A program made the translations under genes and the position numbers. A stretch of DNA of 64,000 nt from Chitinophagaceae bacterium (GTDB taxonomy: Bacteria; Bacteroidota; Bacteroidia; Chitinophagales; Chitinophagaceae), in contig JBAOGZ010000020.1 in NCBI GenBank assembly GCA_037046685.1, positions 188,046-252,045 of the forward strand, in the 5' to 3' direction. The notes beneath the pieces were generated by a model that saw nothing but the letters and a program-made list of their open reading frames with translations, searched no databases and had not been told where the DNA came from. Position 1 is the stretch's first letter; each line of letters begins with the position of its first letter. Shown in pieces: positions 38,385 to 46,907 of this stretch.

Positions 38385-38418
38385 AAAAAGGATTTCACTA
38401 TCGCTGAAATCCTTTTTC
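38385..38418. terminator. Bidirectional terminator between convergent NTF2-like and pirin genes
   Basis: Stem aaaggatttca / tgaaatccttt with a 7-nt loop, flanked by an A-run upstream and a T-run downstream. Confidence 0.75.
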
Positions 38419-38436
38419 TGATTGTAATTGATTAAT

Positions 38437-39315
38437 CTAATCTTCTAATACACCAAATTTACCGGCATTTACATCTTGAATGGCCTGTTCTACTTCGGGC
38501 CAGGTGTTCATTAAAAATGGACCATAAGCGGCAATGGGTTCATTTATCGGTTCGCCTGATAATATCAGCATTGCGGCATCCTCTGTTGCTGTTACTTGTA
38601 TGACATCACCATCATGATTGAATAATACAAAATGATCGGTTTTGGCTGTTTCGTCGTTTACTTTAGCTTCACCTTCTATCATCAACATTCCTGTGTTGTC
38701 AGTTTTTGGAAACGAAAGTTCAAGATTTGCACCTTTCTTTAATTTGAGGTTATATACCTGCATAGGCGAGAAGGTGTAAGCCGCACCTTTTGTACCCTTA
38801 AATTCACCTGCTATTACGGCTACCTCACCCAATCCATCGGGCAAAAGATAACGACCTTGTAATTCTTTTTTCAGATCCTGATATTTGGGTTTTGTCTTTT
38901 TGTATTTTGCCGGAAGGTTGACCCACAACTGTACCATTTGAAATAATCCACCTGATTTACTAAAATTTTCTTCATGATATTCTTTGTGCAACAGACCCGA
39001 TCCGGCAGTCATCCACTGCACATCGCCTTCGCCAATGACACCTGCGTTACCTGCACTGTCGTGGTGTGCTACTTTTCCATGATAAGCAAGGGTAACCGTT
39101 TCGAAACCGGCATGTGGATGAACGCCTACTCCACGTTGATGTGGGGTGGGAGAAAATTCAATCTTGGATCCATAGTTGAGAAGAAAGAAGGGACTCATTC
39201 TCCTTTTATCAATTAATCCGCTGCTGGGGAAAAAATTATGAACTCTAAAACCATCGCCAACCATGTGTGGCGGCGGTGGCGGAATTATGGCCTCTATCGT
39301 TTTCATTATTTTCAT
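38437..39315 (-). CDS. Pirin family protein
   Basis: 292 aa bicupin. The metal-site region HPHAGFETVTLAYHG...H.D is typical of pirins. Confidence 0.85.
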   Translation of the reverse strand: MKIMKTIEAIIPPPPPHMVGDGFRVHNFFPSSGLIDKRRMSPFFLLNYGSKIEFSPTPHQRGVGVHPHAGFETVTLAYHGKVAHHDSAGNAGVIGEGDVQWMTAGSGLLHKEYHEENFSKSGGLFQMVQLWVNLPAKYKKTKPKYQDLKKELQGRYLLPDGLGEVAVIAGEFKGTKGAAYTFSPMQVYNLKLKKGANLELSFPKTDNTGMLMIEGEAKVNDETAKTDHFVLFNHDGDVIQVTATEDAAMLILSGEPINEPIAAYGPFLMNTWPEVEQAIQDVNAGKFGVLED

Positions 39316-39341
39316 AACAAATGTTTTTCGGGTTATTATTT

Positions 39342-39899
39342 TCAGGCAAATATCTTTTCAGAAACAGTTTTTTCTGAAAGCCATAAAAATTCAGTTACAA
39401 AATTGTGAACCGTATGTTCAAATTTTTCATCAAGCAATTCACCTGATTCAGAAAACTTCTTTTCTACACCAGGCACTACCAACATATAAGGTGATGCAAT
39501 GCCAAAAAGAGCGGGTACTAATAATAGCAGCTGCTGTGCTGCACGCATGCCACCCATGGCCCCGGGCGAAGCAGTAACAATGCCAAAGGTTTTATGGTGC
39601 TGTTTTGGTAAGTGGTCAAGCAAATTTTTAAGTGCAGGAGAATAGCTGCCATTATATTCTGGTGTTACTAATATAAAAGCATCTGTTGCAAACATTTGTT
39701 CGGCCAGGGGACGAAAATCTGCAGGCGCAGCTTGTGGCGAAGTCCATACGGATTGTACCATGGGCAGATGCCACTCTTTCATATCAATAATCGCAACTTC
39801 ATGCGATGTAGTTTCATGTAAAAAGTTTTGCAAATGGAGTGCAATACGATGAGTAACGCTGTTCATCCTCGGGCTTCCTGATATAATGGTTATGTTCAT
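39342..39899 (-). CDS. NADPH-dependent FMN reductase family protein
   Basis: 185 aa flavodoxin-like fold with ISGSPR near the N-terminus and the TPEYNGSY motif. Confidence 0.8.
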   Translation of the reverse strand: MNITIISGSPRMNSVTHRIALHLQNFLHETTSHEVAIIDMKEWHLPMVQSVWTSPQAAPADFRPLAEQMFATDAFILVTPEYNGSYSPALKNLLDHLPKQHHKTFGIVTASPGAMGGMRAAQQLLLLVPALFGIASPYMLVVPGVEKKFSESGELLDEKFEHTVHNFVTEFLWLSEKTVSEKIFA

Positions 39900-40047
39900 A
39901 TTTCTGATTTAAGAGCACAAAGATAATAATCAATGTTTAAACATCAAAATTTGTTTTGTTAACTCTAAAACAACCGTTTTCAGCTTATAAAAGATTGTAG
40001 AACAAACTCTAATGAAGGTTTGAAAATGAATCTTTATTTTAGTAGGA

Positions 40048-40055
40048 TAATTTTG
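40048..40055 (+). promoter_or_regulatory. -7 promoter box match (TAATTTTG)
   Basis: TAnnTTTG match 5 nt upstream of the ATG at 40060. Confidence 0.35.
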
Positions 40056-40059
40056 AAGT

Positions 40060-41094
40060 ATGATTGAAAGAAGAAAATTTATAAAAGTATCAGCATTAAC
40101 GGGTTTGGCAGGGTTGGTAAGTGGAAAGGTTGCCGGTACTGATTTTTATTTTTCCAAAAAGGGACAGCCCATTGTTATATCAACCTGGGATGCTGGAATA
40201 GCAGCGAATAAAGCTGCGTGGCAAGTACTCTCTACAAATGGCAGCGCATTGGATGCAGTAGAAAAAGGAGTGATGGTTACAGAATCATCGCAAAATTGTT
40301 GTGTGGGCTTGGGTGCCAATCCGGATCGTGATGGCTATGTAACGCTGGATGCAAGTATTATGGATGAAAATTTTAATTGTGGCAGTGTGGCTTTTTTAGA
40401 AGGAATAAAGCATCCCATTTCAGTAGCACGTCGTGTGATGGAGAAAACACCTCATGTGATGCTGGTGGGTGCAGGCGCACAGCAGTTTGCCATTGCAGAA
40501 GGCTTTCCATTGGAAGCACAGAAACTATCTGAACAAGCGCAGGAAAATTATGACAACTGGTTAAAAAAATCGGAATACAAATCACCGGCAATCAACGTTG
40601 AGAAAACAAAAGAGCATGGCCCCTTTGCTCCTGCAAAACTGGATAATGGCGAATGGAATCATGACACAATTGGTATGATTGCTATGGATTTCAATGGTAA
40701 TTTAAGTGGCAGCTGTACTACCAGTGGTGCGGGTTTTAAAATGAGAGGCAGAGTAGGCGATTCGCCCATCATTGGCGCAGGTCTTTATGTAGATAATGAA
40801 GTGGGTGCCTGTGTAGCCACCGGGCAGGGAGAAGATGTGATACGTGTAGCTGGTTCACATTCGGTAGTAGAAATGATGCGTCAGGGCATTTCGCCAGAGG
40901 CCGCTTGTAAAAAAATCATTCAACGTATTATCAAAATCAAAAAAGAGAAAGCCAAAGATATTCAGGTAGCCTTTATTGCATTAAACAAAAATGGACAACA
41001 TGGTTCTTTTGCGATTCATCCCGGATTTGAATATGCACTGAGGAATACAAATAATGAGAAATTGGTGAAATCAAAAAGCTGGTTTAACATTTAG
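40060..41094 (+). CDS. N4-(beta-N-acetylglucosaminyl)-L-asparaginase (glycosylasparaginase, Ntn hydrolase)
   Basis: 344 aa with a Tat-like leader (MIERRKFIKVSALTGLAG). The autoprocessing and nucleophile site HDTIGMIA and the GAGLY/GEDV motifs of the asparaginase_2 family are present. Confidence 0.85.
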   Translation: MIERRKFIKVSALTGLAGLVSGKVAGTDFYFSKKGQPIVISTWDAGIAANKAAWQVLSTNGSALDAVEKGVMVTESSQNCCVGLGANPDRDGYVTLDASIMDENFNCGSVAFLEGIKHPISVARRVMEKTPHVMLVGAGAQQFAIAEGFPLEAQKLSEQAQENYDNWLKKSEYKSPAINVEKTKEHGPFAPAKLDNGEWNHDTIGMIAMDFNGNLSGSCTTSGAGFKMRGRVGDSPIIGAGLYVDNEVGACVATGQGEDVIRVAGSHSVVEMMRQGISPEAACKKIIQRIIKIKKEKAKDIQVAFIALNKNGQHGSFAIHPGFEYALRNTNNEKLVKSKSWFNI

Positions 41095-41099
41095 TTTTT

Positions 41100-41828
41100 A
41101 TGTCTTACATAATTGAAATTGCTACTTCCGATTTTATTACTACACAATCTGCTGTGGCTGGGGGAGCTGATCGTATTGAGCTTTGTGCCAATCTTGCTGA
41201 AGGCGGTACCACTCCTTCAATAGGAACAATTATAAAATGCAGAGAAGCTTTTCATGTTCAATTGTATCCCATCATAAGACCAAGAGGCGGCGATTTTCTA
41301 TATACAAATGAAGAATTTGAAATCATGTTGCAAGATGTAAAGCAATGCAAAACACTTGGATGTGATGGCGTAGTAATAGGTATGTTGTTGGCCGATGGAA
41401 GTATAGATGTTGCAAGTTGCAGCAAATTAGTAGAAGCGGCTTATCCAATGGGTGTTACATTTCATCGTGCATTTGACCGGTGTAAAGATCCGTTTGCAGC
41501 ATTGGAACAAATCATTGAAATGGGATGCGAAAGAATTTTGACTTCGGGGCAAATGCCATCCGTCGTTGATGGTGCATCATTAGTTGCCTCACTAAATAAA
41601 AAAGCAGAGAATAGAATCATCATCATGCCGGGTAGTGGCGTAAGAAAGGAAAACATTAAAATGCTTGCAACACAAACCGGATGTATTGAGTTTCATTCAT
41701 CGCTAAGAGGAAAATCTAAAAGCCGGATGCAGTTTATGCATCCCAAGTTTCTAAACTCTGAAGAAACGAATTGGAATAATGCAATTGAAGCGGAAGCGGT
41801 AAGACAACTTCGGAAGGCTTTATCTTAA
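41100..41828 (+). CDS. cutC: CutC family protein (copper homeostasis protein CutC)
   Basis: 242 aa TIM-barrel. The N-terminus EIATSDF..TQSAVAGGADRIELCANLAEGGTTPS is typical of CutC. Confidence 0.85.
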   Translation: MSYIIEIATSDFITTQSAVAGGADRIELCANLAEGGTTPSIGTIIKCREAFHVQLYPIIRPRGGDFLYTNEEFEIMLQDVKQCKTLGCDGVVIGMLLADGSIDVASCSKLVEAAYPMGVTFHRAFDRCKDPFAALEQIIEMGCERILTSGQMPSVVDGASLVASLNKKAENRIIIMPGSGVRKENIKMLATQTGCIEFHSSLRGKSKSRMQFMHPKFLNSEETNWNNAIEAEAVRQLRKALS

Positions 41829-42706
41829 AATTTTAATTGCCTCATATATTGTGCATTTTTTAATACCGTTTGGAGCGGCGTTCCATTAGGACAATATTCC
41901 TGCTCTACAAAAAAATATTTCATTCCGTTTTCAACGCCCGATTTAAAAGTGTTGGAAATGTCAATACTGCCTTCTCCTAGATCTACCGAATTTTTATCGT
42001 TATCATTTCCCGGGCTTTTATTCAAATCTTTAAAATGACCCAATTTAAATCGGTTTGGATATTTGGCAATCCATTCGGCTGCGTTTTCACCGGCAACCGC
42101 TGCCCAGAAAATATCCAATTCAAAATCTACCAGGGCAGCATCGGTGTATTGCATCAAAATTTTTTGAGGTATGATGCCCTCTCTTTTTTCAAACGAAAAT
42201 GAATGATTGTGAAAAGCAAAACCTATTCCTGCTTTTTTACAAATGTTTCCCCAGCTATTTAGTTTCTCTGCAAACTGTTTGTACCATTCAATACTTCGGT
42301 CGGGGCCTTCCCATGCACTGATAAGATATTTCATACCCACTGCCGCAGCTTCATTTGCTTTTTTCTCAAAATTATTTTCGGTATCGCAATGGCTGGCTAC
42401 AAATGACATTCCAAGATCATCCACAAATTTCATGAAATCTGTACTTTTTGAACCCCAGAAAATTCCTTTAGACCTCTCGTATCCTTCCAAAAATTTATAA
42501 CCCGCACCCGCCAATTGTTTGATGGTGCCCATCGGATCGGTTTCAAAAGTATCTCGTAAAGTATATAGCTGTAATCCAAAATCTGTAAGCTGATTGTTTT
42601 TTGATAACGGCTGAAACAGCGTACAACCCGATTGCGCTATTAATGCACCACAAGCAAGTCCCGATGAAAGTTTGAGAAACTGTTTTCTATTATAGTTCAT
42701 TGGCAT
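41825..42706 (-). CDS. Exported xylose-isomerase-like TIM-barrel protein (sugar phosphate isomerase/epimerase family)
   Basis: 293 aa with a Tat-like/lipoprotein leader (MPMNYNRKQFLKLSSGLACGALIAQSGC). AP_endonuc_2-type pattern is present (FAFHNHSFSF ... LGHFKD ... VEQE). It overlaps the permease stop by 17 nt. Confidence 0.75.
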   Translation of the reverse strand: MPMNYNRKQFLKLSSGLACGALIAQSGCTLFQPLSKNNQLTDFGLQLYTLRDTFETDPMGTIKQLAGAGYKFLEGYERSKGIFWGSKSTDFMKFVDDLGMSFVASHCDTENNFEKKANEAAAVGMKYLISAWEGPDRSIEWYKQFAEKLNSWGNICKKAGIGFAFHNHSFSFEKREGIIPQKILMQYTDAALVDFELDIFWAAVAGENAAEWIAKYPNRFKLGHFKDLNKSPGNDNDKNSVDLGEGSIDISNTFKSGVENGMKYFFVEQEYCPNGTPLQTVLKNAQYMRQLKF

Positions 42707-43913
42707 TTGTAGTGCTTTTTGAATCTTTAAATGTTATCATAAAAATAAGCATCACTGCTGCAGCAATGGCTGCCGGAATAATCCAAATCATTTTATAATC
42801 GGATTGATATTCATCAGCCACCCATCCGGCAACCTTAAAACCAATGAGCATACCTACGCCATAGGTTGCCAAAGTGATTAATCCTTGTGCTGCACTTTTA
42901 TATTTTTCACCGGCCCTTGCATTTGTATAAAGCTGACCCGAAACAAAAAAGAAGTCGTAACAAATACCGTGGAGAGCAATGCCCAATAATAACATAAAAC
43001 TCAATTCTCCGGCATTGCCAAATGCAAACAGCAAATAGCGAACAGCCCAGGCCAGCATGCCTACCAGAATGGTTTTCTTAAAACCAAATTTTTTGAAAAA
43101 CACCGGAAGGGCTAATAAGAACAGTACTTCTGAAGCCTGCCCTATTGTCATTTTTCCGGTTGGATTTTCCATACCACTCGCAGTTAAAAATGGATTGGCC
43201 AATTGATAATAAAAAGCAAGCGGAATACAAATGAGAACGGATGCGATAAAAAAGATTGCAAAATTTTTATCTTTTAAAAGTTTTAAGGCATCCAGCCCAA
43301 TGATTTGAGAGATACTTATTTTACTGTCGGTAGATTTTACAGGCGGTGTTTTAGGTAATGTAAAACTCATGAAGCCGAGAACCAAAGCGGCAATACCTGA
43401 AAGCAGGAAAGTGTTTTTTAAGAAACCTTGTGCAATTCCATCTTTTGAATCCCAGTGAAAAATATAGCTGATAAGCAGTCCGGCAACAATCCAGCCCAGT
43501 GTGCCAAAAACCCTGATGGCGGGAAATTCTTTTTCGGGATCTTTCATTTGCTTAAAAGAAACAGAGTTGACAAGTGCCAGGGTGGGCATATAAAGAATCA
43601 TATAGCCTAATGCATATGGAAAAAATACTGATGCATTTTCTGAGCTATACATCATATACATAAGGCCGGCGCCGGCAATATGTAAAACACCTAAAATTTT
43701 TTCGGCATTGAAATAACGATCGGCAATCAAACCAATAATAAAAGGAGAAAGTATAGCGCCCCACGATTGGGTTGAAAAAATATTTCCGATTTGTGCACCG
43801 TTCGCACCCAGATTGCTTCCCAGAAATGTACCCAGGGTTACAAACCAACCGCCCCAAATAAAAAACTCCAAAAACATCATAATGGACAATTGTATTCTTG
43901 TGGTCTGATTCAT
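42690..43913 (-). CDS. NupG/XapB-type nucleoside:H+ symporter (MFS)
   Basis: 407 aa, about 12 TM helices. The N-terminus RIQLSIMMFLEFFIWGGWFVTLGTFL is characteristic of the Nuc_H_symport family. Confidence 0.8.
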   Translation of the reverse strand: MNQTTRIQLSIMMFLEFFIWGGWFVTLGTFLGSNLGANGAQIGNIFSTQSWGAILSPFIIGLIADRYFNAEKILGVLHIAGAGLMYMMYSSENASVFFPYALGYMILYMPTLALVNSVSFKQMKDPEKEFPAIRVFGTLGWIVAGLLISYIFHWDSKDGIAQGFLKNTFLLSGIAALVLGFMSFTLPKTPPVKSTDSKISISQIIGLDALKLLKDKNFAIFFIASVLICIPLAFYYQLANPFLTASGMENPTGKMTIGQASEVLFLLALPVFFKKFGFKKTILVGMLAWAVRYLLFAFGNAGELSFMLLLGIALHGICYDFFFVSGQLYTNARAGEKYKSAAQGLITLATYGVGMLIGFKVAGWVADEYQSDYKMIWIIPAAIAAAVMLIFMITFKDSKSTTNANEL

Positions 43914-43984
43914 AATGGCTCAAATTTTTTTATTAATAGCAGCAAATTTCGGTTGGCTAAATGTAGTATATTTAATATTACAAT

Positions 43985-43992
43985 TATGTTTG
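43985..43992 (+). promoter_or_regulatory. -7 promoter box match (TATGTTTG)
   Basis: TAnnTTTG match 47 nt upstream of the ATG at 44039, in the divergent intergenic region. Confidence 0.4.
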
Positions 43993-44038
43993 TATCTCAT
44001 AGAAATATTCAGTACAAATTTTTCAATCGTTTGCAATC

Positions 44039-45154
44039 ATGAGTCGGAAATTAAGAATGGGTATGATAGGTGGTGGGCTAGATGCCTTTATAGGCGCAGT
44101 GCATCGTATGGCTGCTGCATTAGATGGACAAATTGAACTGGTGTGCGGCGCATTTAGCAGCAAACCTGAAAAATCTAAACAAGCCGGTGCATCACTTTTA
44201 TTAAATCCTGCAAGAGTTTATGAGTCATTCTCTGAAATGATAAAAAAGGAAAAAGCATTGCCTGATGATGAAAGAATGGATTTTGTAAGTATCGTTACGC
44301 CCAATCATTTGCATTTTGAACCGGCAAAGCTGGCACTTGAAAATGGTTTCCATGTAGTGCTGGACAAGCCAGCTACTTTTAATCTACTTGAAGCAAAGCA
44401 ACTGGCTGAAATCGTATCGGCCACCGGAAAATATCTTTGTCTTACGCATACTTACACAGGCTATCCCATGATCAAGGAAGCCAGGCAACAGATAAGAAGT
44501 GGAAAATTTGGAATCATTTGAAAAGTTTTTGTTGAGTATCCTCAGGGTTGGTTAAGTACATTTTTAGAAGGAGGAAATCAAAAACAGGCATCCTGGCGAA
44601 CTGATCCGGCTAAAAGCGGAATAGCCGGAGCAATGGGTGATATAGGTACACATGCTTTTAACCTTGCAGAATATGTTACCGGGTTGCAGATAGTGAAAAT
44701 TTGTGCTGATGTAAATTCTGTTGTACCCGGCCGCCGGCTCGATGATGATGGTGCTGCGCTACTCAATTTTAATAATGGTGCCAGTGGTGTGCTGATGGCC
44801 ACACAAGTAGCTGCAGGAGAAGAAAACAGTATTAAGATACGAGTGTACGGTGAGAAAGGTGGCTTAGAATGGAAGCAGGAAGATGCCAATACATTATTGG
44901 TAAAATGGATAGATAGGCCGGCGGAGATATGGAGAGCAGGCTCCGCTTATATTAGCGATGTGGCAAAAAAACATTGTCGTATTCCCGCCGGACATCCCGA
45001 AGGATATTTAGAGGCATTTGCTAATTTGTACAGAAATTTTGCCTTTTGCTTACAAGCTGCTTTGCAAGGCAAGAAGCCGGAATGGGATGTTTATGATTTT
45101 CCGGGAATTGAGGAAGGTGTAAGAGGAATGTTGTTTATCGAAGAAAATTATTGA
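44039..45154 (+). pseudogene. Gfo/Idh/MocA-family NAD(P)-dependent oxidoreductase interrupted by one in-frame TGA (44519-44521)
   Basis: ORFs 44039-44521 and 44633-45154 are in the same frame (offset 594 nt). The 111 nt between them translate without stops as KVFVEYPQGWLSTFLEGGNQKQASWRTDPAKSGIAGA, continuing into MGDIGTHAFN. A Rossmann motif GMIGGG lies at the N-terminus. The intact length would be ~371 aa, typical of the family. Confidence 0.8.
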
Positions 45155-45215
45155 AAGCAGCCGCAGCAATCATAAGTGGATAGATTTTTCTTTATAATCA
45201 TATTTTATTTTTTGT

Positions 45216-46274
45216 ATGACAACTATAAAAGGCCCCGGTATTTTTCTTGCACAGTTTATGGGCAATGATGCACCTTATCATAATCTAAAATCCATTTGTC
45301 TGTGGGCAGAAGCACTGGGTTATAAAGCAGTACAAATACCTACCTGGGACAGTCGTTGTATTGATTTGAAGCTGGCAGCAGAAAGTAAGACTTATGCAGA
45401 TGAAATAAAGGGAATTGTAAATGAATGTGGGCTTGAAGTTTCAGAACTATCTACTCATTTGCAGGGGCAGTTGATAGCGGTACACCCTGCCTACGATTTG
45501 TTGTTTGATGGCTTTGCGCCGGAAGCAGTAAAAGGGAATTCAAAAGAAAGAACTAAGTGGGCAATACAGCAATTAAAATATGGTGCCAGAGCTTCGCAAA
45601 ATCTGGGACTTTCTGCACATGCTACTTTTAGTGGTTCTTTATTATGGCATACATTTCATCCCTGGCCACAGCGCCCTGCAGGTATGGTGGAAGCAGGTTT
45701 TCAAGAACTGGCAAATCGCTGGACACCCTTGCTCAACTATTTTGATGAGTGCGGTGTTGATGTTTGTTATGAAATTCATCCCGGAGAAGATTTGTTTGAC
45801 GGTATTACTTATGAAATGTTTTTAAATGAGGTAAACAATCATAGCAGGGCATGTTTGCTTTACGATCCTTCACATTTTGTATTGCAGCAATTAGATTACA
45901 TTCAGTTCATAGATTTTTATCATGAGCGCATCCGAGCATTTCATGTAAAGGATGCCGAGTTTAATCCAACGGGGAAACAAGGAACATTTGGTGGATATCA
46001 AAGCTGGGCCAATAGGGCAGGCCGCTATCGATCACCTGGCGACGGACAGGTTGATTTTAAAACCATCTTCAGTAAACTATCACAATATGATTATAAAGGT
46101 TGGGCAGTAATGGAGTGGGAGTGCTGTATCAAAAATGCTGAAGATGGTGCAAAAGAAGGTGCGCCTTTTATTTCTAACCATATTATTCGAGTAACTGAAA
46201 AGGCATTTGATGATTTTGCATCCAGTGGCACCAATGAACAGTTGAATAGAAAAATTTTGGGTATAGAAGATTGA
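45216..46274 (+). CDS. Cytoplasmic xylose-isomerase-like TIM-barrel protein (sugar phosphate isomerase/epimerase family)
   Basis: 352 aa with no signal peptide. AP_endonuc_2-like metal-site pattern is present (YEIHPGED ... DPSHF ... FHVKD ... MEWE). It commonly pairs with Gfo/Idh/MocA genes. Confidence 0.75.
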   Translation: MTTIKGPGIFLAQFMGNDAPYHNLKSICLWAEALGYKAVQIPTWDSRCIDLKLAAESKTYADEIKGIVNECGLEVSELSTHLQGQLIAVHPAYDLLFDGFAPEAVKGNSKERTKWAIQQLKYGARASQNLGLSAHATFSGSLLWHTFHPWPQRPAGMVEAGFQELANRWTPLLNYFDECGVDVCYEIHPGEDLFDGITYEMFLNEVNNHSRACLLYDPSHFVLQQLDYIQFIDFYHERIRAFHVKDAEFNPTGKQGTFGGYQSWANRAGRYRSPGDGQVDFKTIFSKLSQYDYKGWAVMEWECCIKNAEDGAKEGAPFISNHIIRVTEKAFDDFASSGTNEQLNRKILGIED

Positions 46275-46429
46275 TATTAAAAGCAATTAAATACTTTTTT
46301 AGGTAGTTGGTGCAAATTAAATTATGATTTAAATCAGGTGTTATCTGTTTTTTTTGAAATTTGTCATTACAAAGTCAAATTTTTTTTTGAAAACACTTCT
46401 AAAAACTGATTTCCGAAAACTTTATGTAT

Positions 46430-46437
46430 TAGTTTTG
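46430..46437 (+). promoter_or_regulatory. -7 promoter box match (TAGTTTTG)
   Basis: TAnnTTTG match 48 nt upstream of the ATG at 46485. Confidence 0.35.
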
Positions 46438-46484
46438 TCATATTAAAATTACTCACGGAGTTTTACTCCATAATAAAATTAAAC

Positions 46485-46907
46485 ATGAAAAAGACACTTG
46501 CATTATTGGGTATGGTAGCCCTGCTTGCTTCTTGCGGCGGTGGAAAATCAAACGGTGAAGGCGAAAACGCTGGTCCGGTACAGACTGAACCTACAACAAC
46601 AGAAACAACAACTACACCATCTAATGATCCCAGCAGTAATCCAGATTATCAAAAAGGCATGGAACTGATTGCTAAAAGCGACTGCCTTACTTGTCACAAA
46701 GTGGATGAAAAATTAATTGGCCCTGCTTACAGTGAGGTGGCTGCAAAGTACGCAGGTACACCGGATACAATGGTTAATCATCTTGCACATAAAATTATTG
46801 CAGGTGGACAGGGTAACTGGGGTGAAGTTCCCATGACTGCACATCCTACAGTTTCTGAAGCGGATGCTGAAGCAATGGTTAAATATATTTTATTGCTGAA
46901 GAAATAA
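46485..46907 (+). CDS. Lipoprotein monohaem c-type cytochrome (class I, c551/c552-like)
   Basis: 140 aa with a lipobox (LLASC), a Thr/Pro-rich linker, the haem-binding motif CLTCH and a distal Met context (EVPMTAHP). Confidence 0.85.
   Translation: MKKTLALLGMVALLASCGGGKSNGEGENAGPVQTEPTTTETTTTPSNDPSSNPDYQKGMELIAKSDCLTCHKVDEKLIGPAYSEVAAKYAGTPDTMVNHLAHKIIAGGQGNWGEVPMTAHPTVSEADAEAMVKYILLLKK

Noticed and set aside
44519-44521. The in-frame TGA in the Gfo/Idh/MocA gene could be selenocysteine or a sign of a reassigned genetic code.
   Set aside because: TGA terminates other well-defined genes in this window (glnS, ccmC). I saw no SECIS-like hairpin directly downstream. The position corresponds to a basic residue, not a redox Cys, as far as I recall for this family.
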